A stretch of 48,504 nt of DNA from Chrysochromulina tobinii (lineage: Eukaryota). A program made the position numbers and the translations under genes. The notes beneath the pieces were generated by a model, which saw nothing but the letters and a program-made list of their open reading frames with translations, did no database searches and was not told the DNA's origin. The DNA lies in NCBI GenBank assembly GCA_001275005.1, contig JWZX01003359.1:1-48504 (forward strand). Direction: 5' to 3'. This document shows positions 1 to 11,200 of the stretch, one piece after another. Numbering within the stretch: the stretch's first letter is position 1; every line of letters starts with the position of its first letter.

Positions 1-517
1 GTCCGTCCACAGTGCCGCCGCGGCAGCGGCGCCTTCCAAATTTGGGGTGTTTGGCTTGCTCGTACACGCCATTTTGTCGCTCGGATACGCGACGGCTGCT
101 GGTGAGTCCGAAAGTGGCCAGAGCAATGAGATGGCGGCGGAGCGAACGCGATCGCCGTCATTTTCGTCGGACGCCCATTTTCGCTGTTTCGGTCAAGTTT
201 GAGGAGCGAACCGACCGAACGCGGCTTCGTTCAAGAGTGACGGCGATTCTATCGTGACCGCACGAACAAACCATCCAGAAAGACCTATGGTGGGTTCCGA
301 CGAATCTCAATGACCGAGCGACAAAAGGTGCACGGATTCCACACTTTTTACCGGCAAGTAAGCTTGTGTATCATCGCCAAACTTTCGCCGCATTTTCCCG
401 ATTTAGTTTGGCGTCCTCCTTGTCTTGGAAGAGACCTTGTGGCACCTTCGGCCACCTTTTGTGTACCCCTTAGGCAGGAGTAAGGTCTTCTAGACAACGA
501 TCGAGATACGGGGATCA

Positions 518-1771
518 ATGTCGCGCCACGGTGACATTTCGAGCAGCAAGGACACCGTCGGCGTATGCGTCTTCCAGTACAAGATGCCCCGACTCCACAC
601 GCGCGAAGACGTGATGAAGAACGTGGAGCACATTTGCGATCTCGTCAGAGGTACGAAGAAGGGCTTGCCGGGAATGGACCTCATCATCTTCCCAGAGTAT
701 TCGACGCAGGGCATCATGTATGACAAGGACGAAATGTTCGCAACCGCTACGACCATTCCGGGTCCTGAGACCGACGCCTTCGGCGAGGCGTGCAAAGCTG
801 CCAAGACGTGGGGTGTCTTCTCCCTGACTGGTGAGCAGCACGAGAGCCACCCGAGGAAGAATCCGTACAATACGCTGGTGCTGATCAACGACAAGGGCGA
901 GATCGTCCAAAAATACCGCAAGATCCTCCCATGGTGCCCGATCGAGGGTTGGTACCCCGGAGACCAGACGTACTGCACCGAAGGGCCCAAGGGCATCAAG
1001 ATCTCGTTGATCATCTGCGACGACGGAAACTACCCCGAGATCTGGCGAGATTGCGCGATGAAGGGTGCGGAGCTCGTCGTGCGCTGCCAGGGCTACATGT
1101 ACCCGGCCAAGGAGCAGCAGGTCATCGTCGCCAGAGCGATGGCCTGGATGAACAATGTCTACGTCGCAGTCGCCAACGCCAGCGGCAACGACGGCGTGTA
1201 TACCTACTTTGGCCGCTCGGCGATCGTGGGCAATGACGGCCGCACCCTCGGAGAGTGCGGAGAAGAGTGCGATGGCCTGCAGTACGCGCAACTCTCAATC
1301 TCGGGCATCCGCGACTCGCGCCGGACCGACCAGGCGCAGAATCATCTCTTCAAGCTCCTTCATCGCGGCTACACGGGCGTGTATGTAGATCTGCCACTGA
1401 CGCTGATGAACACCGATGGCCGCGGAATGCCGCGGATTGCGCCTCTGGGCGTGTATGTGGACACTGCCACTGACTCGTGACTGCCACGAATGCCACTAAC
1501 GCTGATGGACACTGATGGGCGCTGATTGCCGCGGATTGCGCCTCTGATCAGGTATGCCTCGGGCGACGGCGACAAGGGTGCACCACCCGATTGTCCCTTT
1601 TCGTTCTACAAGACTTGGGTCAACACGCCTCTTCTCGCTCAGCAGATGAGTGAGTCGATCACGCGCGAGCACATCGGGGTGGAAGAGTGCCCGGTCGACG
1701 GCATCCCGAGCCCCAGCCAGCTCGTCGAGCAGACCACGGAGCCGCTCTTGACGGCCGAGAACATTCAGTAG
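518..1771 (+). CDS. amiE: Aliphatic amidase (nitrilase superfamily, AmiE-like); join(518..1380,1552..1771), ~360 aa
   Basis: N-terminus [16 protein letters not shown] and catalytic triad motifs FPEY / YRKILPW / [10 protein letters not shown]. Removing a GT..AG intron at 1381-1551 restores the AmiE-type C-terminus [17 protein letters not shown]...[10 protein letters not shown] in frame. Confidence 0.95.
1381..1551 (+). other. Spliceosomal intron (171 nt, phase 2) in the amidase, with internal tandem duplication; Introner-like
   Basis: GTATGT donor and TGATCAG acceptor; contains an in-frame TGA (1478-1480). GTATG is repeated at the intron start (1381-1385) and the exon 2 start (1552-1556). Confidence 0.9.
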
Positions 1772-2280
1772 AGCGAGAGACAGACGGCACAGGGATGTAA
1801 CAGCCAAACAGGGATGAGGGATGCAATGAGGGAGTCACATCCGCGCCTGGAGGAGGCATGCGCCTGTGGACAACGATGCGGAGGAGGAGGAGGACCTGCA
1901 CCTCTCGGCGACTGAACTGTAGTTGAGACCTAGTTGAGACCCTCCCCCCAGACGGTTAGTACATGAAATTGTGTAAACACCCCCGCCGGAACGCGGAAGA
2001 TCTCGTTGGGTTAGGCGATGTGTGAATGGATATTATGAGTTGTGAAAATTCCATCGCTGGAGGGGCGCCGCCGGTGTTGCCTGGCAACTGAGGCGGCCCA
2101 TTGGGCCTCTCGTTCCGTACAACTTTTCAACGGCACTCGGCTGGCTTCGAAAATCCCGCAGGTCGTTCTATGAGCTTGCCTTTTCGGATGTTCGTGGGGT
2201 AATCGTGGCGTGAAGTCGCGTTGTGCGGTGTTTCGGCTCTCAGACTAAAGTTCAGCCCGAGGGACGAGTCGCCTGTGTAC

Positions 2281-5200
2281 ATGTCGATGCACAAACACGA
2301 CCCTGACGAGCCTCGCCTCGATCCGCTGCTCCCTGGCAAGAGCACTGTCCAGCTGCGAATCGGCGACACCATCGCCCTCTGCGTGCAGCGCGACGGCAAA
2401 TTCTGTGTCATCAGCTCCGAGGGCTTTGTGGAGCTCGGCTCCTCACTGCGTGAGCTCGCGCTGTCGACCACTGTGCCCTGGACCCTCCTCGATTGCATGT
2501 GGGTCGTCACGCAAAAGCACCAGTACGACGCGCAGAGGAATCTGCAGCGCTACCGCCAGAAGAGCTCGCAGCAGAGCCTGAAGCAAGGAGATCAGAAAAA
2601 GGTAATGTCGAAGTCAGCAATGCCACTTTCGGTGGGGGATGTGGCAGCGAGCGCGATGTCGGTCTCATCGCGCCAGGCTCGCGAGTTGCAGGACGCGCAG
2701 CGGCGCGCGCAGACCGAGTTCCAGGCCGCGCTGCTCACGGAGCGTTTGTCGAACGCGGCGCGCAATGAGGAGAAGCGTGGCATGGCGATTACGTACGGTG
2801 AGACCATCCAACTCATGCACCTCAAGTCGCGCAAGTACATGGTGTTCAACCCGAAGCGGCGCGCGCTCGCGATGGGCTGCTACTCTGTGCGCCTCGAGGC
2901 CGAGGGCAGCGACGACGCCTGGCTCACCGTGGGGCCGTGCTATCCATTCCAGTTCGAGGGCGGCGCCGTGTACAACCACGACATGCTCACACTCCACTCG
3001 GTGAAGCGTCAGCTCTGGCTGCACTGCGGCGCGTCCGAGGCCGTCGATTACCTCGGTGAGGGTGGGTCCAGCGCACTCGGAACTGCAGCGGCATCCAGTA
3101 ACGGGCCTGCTCTCGCGATCGCCGACGAGGTGAACGCCGCACCGAGAGGCACAGCGCTGCAGCTGGTGGTGCTGCGCTCGTGCACCGCTGGCTCCTCAGC
3201 GGGGGCTTCGAGCGGCGGCGGCGACGGCGGCCACGCACCCGCGGCGGCGGCGGCGGCGGCCGCCGCCGCGGCCGCGCCGACCGGCGAATCGGGCCCCGAA
3301 AACCCTGACGGGTTCGAGTCGGCGATCATGTCGGCGATGGTGCCGCCCGCGGACAGCCACATCCGTTGCGGTGACATCATCGCGCTGTACCACTGCGACG
3401 AGCAGCGTCACATGATGGCGAAGGGGACGTTCAACGAGGGAAACGCCTCCCCCAACGGTAACACAGGGCGCTCCGACGCTCTATTCGCCGCGGGCTCCAG
3501 CGGCGACTATGCAAGTGCGAACGCACTGTGGCAGATCCAAGCGCCTCAGGGGCTGTGCTTCGACAAGGTGGTCTCGGGAAAGCAGTCGGCAGGCAGCCCG
3601 AATGCGGGCTACTGCCTGCAGCATCTCGCCTCGGGCCGCTACCTCTACGCCCATCCCCCGAACAAGCCTCCACGCAACCAAAACGCCCTCGCCGCCCAAG
3701 CCGAAGCCGACAAGGTCGCAGCCGCTCGAACCCATGGCATCACGGGCGGAATCTTTGGGCTGTCGGCGACCGCTAGCAAGGACGAGGTGGACAGGGCGAG
3801 GCGACGAGGGTTGGGTGGCATGCTCGCTGACATCGCCAGCCCCGTTTCGACAGCAAGAGAGGTAGCAAAAGCCCCTGCTCAACGCCCCGAAGACATCGGG
3901 AGCGTACTCACTGCCGGTGTCGGCAAGACTGGTGCCGGCATCGGAGAGGCTCTGGGGGCGTTCGGTACGGGCGACGTTGTCGGCGCTCTCGGCGCAAGCA
4001 CCGATACCGTCGTTGGGCTCATCGGCACTTTAGGCACAGCGACACAGGCCTCTATCGGTGCTATCGGCTCCGCTACTGGGGACCTATTGAAGACACCCCT
4101 CTTCAACACCTCTTCACAAGAGAAGAAGGATGGCCCTGAGGATGTGGACAAGGATGTGGACACCGAGGACAGCAACGAGTTTGGAAACCGCCTCGTGCTC
4201 AGCGTCGCGCCCCTGAGCGTGGGACCACCGTCACTCTTCGAGCTGCACGTGTCTCAGACGACGGCGAAGACGCTTCAGGCTGACGCCCTCGTGAGGCTAC
4301 GCCACATAGACTCAGGAGGGTGGGTCTCCACGCGCAAGGTGTCTCCTAAGGCAGTGGAAGGTGCGGAAGGCGTCGAGAGGGGGGACGTGACACCTACGGC
4401 GGCGGGTGGCAACCAGCCCGCGGTGCGCTGTGTGGTGAGCTCCGAGTGCTACGTGCGTGACGGCCTGATCATCGAGAGGCCGACGGCGGTGACCAACACG
4501 TTCCTCGCCGTTGCGGGCGTTACGCACCACCTCGTAGCCCATGCGGCCGAATTGACTGCGGGGAGACTCACAGGTGCTGAGGCGCGGCCGTTCACGATCA
4601 AGTGTCTTCAGTACCTGATCTCGTACCTGAAGGTGGATGAGCAGGAGGCGGGCCATGGTGGACGGGTTTCCACCTCCTTCTTGCAAGAGGTGATGCGCGA
4701 GCTGGGGGTGCTGCAGGCGCTCGTAACGCTGCTCACGGTGCCCTTTGAGCGACTCGGCACCGTCGCCTTCCACAAGCTCGACACCGACAAGCCGCTCCTG
4801 CCGCAGTCAAAGGTTGCGGCCAAGCTGCTCTACCACTGCATCGCCGGGAACGCGCTCAGCTGCACGCAAATCAACCACGCCATCCCTCGCCTCGAGCCAG
4901 CGGCGCGTAAGGGCATCGGCATCGGCGAGGTGCTGCAAGAGGTCTTCGCCGAGGTACCCGTCGAGACGGCGCAGATTGACTTTTGGCTCCACCTGCTCGC
5001 CAAAGCGAGGCGCGGCGCGGGCTCCGAGGCCGACTACACCGGTGGCGCGATGATCCTATCACTGCTGCACGCATTCTGCTACCGTCTCGCGCAGCCGGTC
5101 ATCTCAAACCAGAACCTGATCGCGCTCAAGCTCATACTCGCGCCCGGCTCGACGCTGCTCGACGAGGTGCAGTTCCTCGAGCCCGGCCGGTTTGGGCTCA

Positions 5201-8200
5201 ACCCCAAAACCTTCTCGAAGGACGCCGAGCCCACCTTGGTGAGGCGGGGGGACCATATCGACCAGCGCCTGCTTGCGCCGGCAGCCTCTCGTGCAGGCAG
5301 GTCACTTAGGCGCAGTTCGTCAGGCGTTGTCATGGCCGCCGCCAGCGGCGCCGTGGTGACACAGGCATCCTTGGAAGACTTCGGGGCGGATGTGATCGGG
5401 GGCCTTGCGCTGGGGGGGAGGGGCCTTGCGAAAGGGGGGAAAGCCTTGCTCAAGATAAGCGAGAAAGCCTCGATCAAGGGAGGGGAGAGACTCAGGAGAA
5501 CAACCCTGGAGATCAACTCTGTGTCCGCGTTATCGCCAACGTCATCGGGGGAGCCGGCCGGTGCCGCAACAACGACCGGGGTCGATGGCGTCACAATGGC
5601 CGGGGTCGATGCCGCGGGCAAGCAGGCGGCTGCCGCTGCCCCCACTGCATCAAATGACTCGCAGCGTTTCGCGAAAAAGTTTGCTCACCTGAAGAGCGAC
5701 ACGCCATGCTCCGCGTTGGCGTCGGGGCCCGTGTCTGCGCCGGCACAGGGAACGGATCAGCTGAATGCAACTCAAGATCCCGTGGTGAAAAAACCGAGTG
5801 CCTTTGACGAGTGGACCGCGCTGCGCGAGACGCTCGCGCCGCTGCCGCCGCCACCAGCCGACCCGTCAGCATGGGAGGGCGAGGAGGCGAACTCCGAAGT
5901 GCTGCGCTTCCGAGTGCTGCAGGAGCCCGCACTGCTGTGCGTCGTCAAGCGCAGGAGGGTGCTGACGGCGAAAGGACATGCACAGGAGCAGCTGTGCCTC
6001 TCGCCCTTTGATCGCTCGGCGGTTAAGGCCCGTGGTAGCGCTGACCAATTTGGCGGTTGGACGCCGCTGTCGGACCTCCAAGGCGCACGGAACGTCGAAC
6101 TGCTCGAATACTACCTGAACGAGCTCCGGCTGTTGGGCGGGCTGGTCCAGGGGCACAATGGACTCACGGTCCAGACGGTGCGCGCGCTCTATCCGTTCTC
6201 GCTATGCATGGAGATCATCCGGGAGAAATCGGTGGCGTGTGAAGTGCGCGCGGCGGTCTGCATCCTCGTTCGCCAGCTTTACGTGGAGGCTGCCACGCGC
6301 GAGCTCCGCCCCTACAACCAGTCTGTGTGGGATTGGGACGCGCTTCTCGATTGTGCTGATGGCTCCGCGTTGCCGCCGCCCGAAGCGTGCCTCTCGCGCC
6401 CACCACCACTCACGGACGAAATGGGCGAAGCCGAAGAGGGCAACTTGCCCGCGGCCCAGGCCAAGGAAGCCAAGGCGACGCAGGATGCCAAGGCGGTGTT
6501 ACCAGAGAGTCCGAGCGGCGAGTTTTCGGGTGTGAAGGAAGTCCACAACGAGGTCCTCGCCGTCGCAGAGAGCGTCCCCGAGGTCGTCAGCAGCCCCCCA
6601 GTGAAAGGGCTTGCTAGCCTGGCAGGTCTTCTGGGGGGCTTGAGGAAGAAGAATGCGGAAGCAAAACTCCCTTCGGAGGAGACGAAGCGAATCGATGACA
6701 CGCCGTTGCCCGCGGCCCAGCAACTGGCCACGGAGGTGTCGAAGTACATTGAGAGGGAGTCGCAGAATACGATGATCAACAAGATGGAGATGCAGTTCCT
6801 TGGGGGCATGCTCGACCTCGCTGTGCATCTGCTGCGCTACGGCCAGCTCAATGATCTCGGCCTCATCAGCAGGATGTTCGAGAGCGCGGTGAATGCGCTC
6901 GCGGTGCCCGTCGAGCGACCTATCGACGACACCGACCAGACGGCGCGCGAAGCCTTTGACTCACTGCTCAGTTGCAAGTCGCTGCTGTGCCAGCTGCTCG
7001 AGGCGCTCCTTGAATATCGACTCCACCTCCGCGTGGGTAACGTCTTGCGCAACCTCCGGCTGCGCGTGCTCGGCCTCCCAAGGCAGCCGCGGTCGCTGCA
7101 GTCAAACGTGGGTCAAGCGGCAGTGCCCACGCAGGGCAAGCAGCATGCCAAAGAGAAGCCACCGAGCACCCCAGTAACGTCGCGGGCAGTCTCGTTTGCC
7201 TCCGGTGTCAACGGCTACGAGCGCTTGCTCGAGGAGGGCGCCGGCGGCAGTGTACGCAACGACGCGGTGGCCAGCGCAGTGCTCGCCGTGTCTGCACCCG
7301 TGGACTCGAGCCAGGGGAGGGCTGCCTCGCCCAGCAGGGCGGGGCGCTTGGCTGACGAAGATAAGGGGATTGACATCTATGAGGAGCTCTCTTTTGCCAA
7401 CAAATTCCTTGAGTGGGGGGAGTCTGAAAAGATCATGACGAAAGCGCTCGTGCAGACGGCCACTGAGGCGCGCGGCTGCAAGCCCGAACTGGTCTCGGAG
7501 GCGCTTCGCATGCTCTTTGCGCAGTTCAATCAGGCGCGTCTGCTCTTCACCGCCATCCAGGGCGTCGTGCTGGTGAAGAAGCCCCTCAGCCCCGCCGCAG
7601 CACGAGTCGCCAACGCGGACGCGATGAAGAATCTCGGCAACACCCTTTCGGGGGCAGCATCGTCGACGCAGTGGTCGGGCGGCATCGACGATTGGACCTT
7701 CCTCGGGCGAGCGGCGAATGCGGCGGCGGCGGCGACGGCGACGTTAGAAGCGGAGCAGCAGGAGAAGCGCTTCTTAGCAGCGGAGACAGGGCGCTTCTTG
7801 GCTCGTAAGATGATCGCGAGCGCTTTGGGCCCCAATGAGCGCGACGAGGCCACCACGATGGCACGCAACATACGCGTGCTCAAGCGCATCATCGGAGCCC
7901 TGCGAGCGCTCGCCTCGACCGACCCAATGAGGGAGGCCGCCATCGTGCTCTCGAATGTGGCGGTCGCAGTGCATCAGCTGCGACTGCTGTGCCGCACGCC
8001 TCACCAGCGACGGCTTCATCGCTCGTTTGGAGCGCACGAAGTGGTCTGCGAGGCGCTGCGTGTGCTGCAGCAGGTCGAGGAAGGGATGTCCCATGGCAGT
8101 ACAACCGGAGCGGTGCAGACACCGTCGGACGAAGGCAGCTTCAAGGAGAAGAGCAGCAGCGGCCCGATGACACCCAGGCTCCCAGCCAAGGAGCTGCTCG

Positions 8201-11200
8201 CTGCTCGTGAGGAGGCCTTCGACTTCCTTGCCGCCTTCTGTGGCTCCTCGCTCAGCGACTTGGCGCAAGCGCAGGGTGCCGACGCCGCCGACGCAGGCGG
8301 GAGGATCTCGCCTTCTCAGAGCGAGATTGGCGAGACTGGCTCGGCGAGATTGGCGAGATCGCCCGCAGAGATTGGCGAGATTGGCGAGATTGGCGAGATT
8401 GGCTCGGCGGGCAGCGCAACCAGCGGCGAGGGCTCGCCGACGGGCTCCCTTCATGAGGGCTCCCGCCCGGCATCGCCCACCTCGACGTTCGGCGGGAAGC
8501 GGAGCTCATTAGACTCGAGGGCTGAGCCTTGGTGCGCATCACCTTCGGTGAGCGTGCACAGTGGCGGCAGCGTGGCGTCGGCATCTTCGAGTAAGGAGCA
8601 GCCCTCGACCGAAGTCTACGGGAAGGATCCTCAGAACCAGGAAGCTCTCTTCCCGTACTTTGACCTCATCCTCGACCACATGCCCCGCGTGCGGAAGGCA
8701 ACGCTGTGCTCACGCATGGTCCTGGATGGCAACACGCGTAACTGCGGCTCGGTGACGGATGCACAGCTCGACAAGATTGTCAACCTGATGATCGACAAGT
8801 CGGGGCGCTACTCTTGGTACCTCGATGTGCTGCTCTCGCTCGCACGCGGGCTGCCTGATGCCGACTCGTCGGCGGCGGTGAAGATCATGCGCAAGCTGGT
8901 CGACGTAACGCCCACCGGGTACCTGCTCATTCTGTATTCCGGTGCGCAGGGGCGCGAGCGGCGCGCACTCGAGCTCGCAAGCCTCAAGGCCGAGCTCTCG
9001 CAGGAGACAAGTATGGTCGCGTTCCACCACGCGCTCGTGCAGCTGCTCGCTGAGCTTGCGGCCGGCCTCGCAAACGAGGTCGAGATGCTCGTGCAGTCGA
9101 TCGTGCCGCTGCACGAGGTGTGCGCGCACATCTGCGACGCATTCTGCCCGTATGCCATCCGCGCCTCCTTTTTGGTGCTGCTGCTCGAGGGGTACACGGT
9201 GACAGCGCTCAAGGTGCAGTCGCTCGTACAGTCGCCCGCGGTCTGGCAGGTGATCGCCATCTTCTCCGCCGAGCTCAAGTCATTGCTCGAGTGCATCGCC
9301 GGCCACGGCGACGATGAGGACCGTGCACAGGCGTCGCTCGGGCTGCGCGACTCGTCGCGTGGTCCCTCGTTCTTCGAGGCAGGTCTCTGGTTCTTGGTCG
9401 CCTTCCTCGAGAAGCACGTGTCCACCGAGGTGCTGCGCGCCGACCACGTCGCGGCTCTCTTCTCCTTGCAGCGCATCTCTGCACGGATGCTCGGCATCGA
9501 GAAGGCGCGTGACCGGGCAGCCAGGGCGCGCGCCGCAGGCACGCCCCTTGCCGTCAAGAATATGGAGGAGTCCTTGAAGTATGCGATCCTTTCGGATGAG
9601 CAGCGCCAGAAACCCGAGGATCCGCCCAAAGGCGTCGCCAAAGGTGGCGCTAAAGGAGGCGTCAAAGGTGGCGAATGCAACGCCGCTAACGGCGCCGCCA
9701 GTAGCGACTCCAGTGGAAGGTCAGTCCGTGGGCGCGACCCGAGCGCCGCAAGCGCGCCCGTGCCCGCACCAGAACCGCCAAAATCGCCCACGTCCACACA
9801 TGCTGCCGTGCACCTCGCGCTCTCGGCGCCTCAGCGCACGCTACTGTCGACAATTCTCATGGCGCTCAAGGACAAGGGCATCGGTATGGGCCAGAGTGCG
9901 TGGGCGAACGCGGGACTGCGCATGGGGATCAGTGCCGTGTTGAAGCCTCATCGCAAACTGGATGCGAAGGCCGCTGCTTTGGCTCAGAAGGAGGCCGAGA
10001 TGACAAAGATGGTCATGACGGCGGTCAATCGCGAAACTCGGCCCGATCCGAACGACGTGTTCGCCGCCGTCAATGAGATCGTGAAAGAGGGCAAGTCGGG
10101 GATCGCCGCTGCCGACGTTGCCAAGCTTGCGGCCCAGAAAGGCGCCACCGGCGCCAAGAAGTACATCCAGGGGGAGATCCGCCAAGGGGACGAAGACGAG
10201 GTCGTGTCGGGAGTCCCTGTCAAGCTGGCTGAGGAGGAGGGTTCTTCCCGCAAGGAGGAGGATTCTTCCCGCAAGCCATACGACGACCTGCTCTGGATCT
10301 ATGACAGCGATACCGGGCTCGAAGTCGTGACCAAGATTGGAGATGCGCTCGAGCTCGTGAGATCCAAAATAGAGAGGTGGGAGGAGATGGATTTCCGAGA
10401 GGCCGTGGGGGTTTTCCGAGAGCCCCGCGATGCAGTGCGCCCGCTCATCGACCAGCTCAAGATGACGAACACCTCGCTCACCTCGGGGCAGAATGCGGTA
10501 CGCGATCGCGCGGCAATCGCGCTGGTGCAGGACCGCTGCCTGCGCGTGCTCCAGGCGCTTCTCAAAGGCGACAAGGGCGTGAACCAAACGATGCAGACTA
10601 GGCTCAACGACATGGGGGTCACGCAGGTGATGGTGCGTGCGCTGGGCACGTCCGACTCAGACCAGACGTTCGAGGCGGCGCTTGAGCTCGGCACGGCGCT
10701 CCTCGAAGGCGGCAACGTGCGCGTGCAGCAGACCATCTACCGCGAGCTGCGTGACTCGGGCACGAACATATCTCTCGCGCGCCTCTCGCAGGCACTCAAC
10801 CGCCAATGCCTCAAGATCCGCACCTTCTTCTCGGAGCAGGAGCAGGCCTTATGGTATGCCAAGGTGCTCGAGCCCCACCTCGAGCAGGCCCGAGAGGCCT
10901 GGCGCTCCGGCCGCCCCTTTCAAAGCCAGTCGACGCAAAGCCTCGGGCGGCGCGGCTCGACGGCGGCGCTACACCAGGCGGTGCAAGCAACTGTGGCGGC
11001 CGGTGAGAGGCAGTTGGCCGAGGCGGCCGCTGCCGAGCAACGGCGCCGCAACCCGTTCCAGCAGCGCCGTCCCGAGCGGTCAGCAGGCCAACGCGTCAAT
11101 GGAGAGCGTACGAAAGTCATCGACCTACGACTGGCCTGCAAGGTGCTCATCTTCATCGAGTGCGCCACCGAGGGACACTACACCGAGATGCAAGAGTACT

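Noticed and set aside
1481..1525. Amidase as a truncated pseudogene (ORF track stops at 1480)
   Set aside because: The stop lies inside a canonical GT-AG intron whose removal restores the full-length protein.
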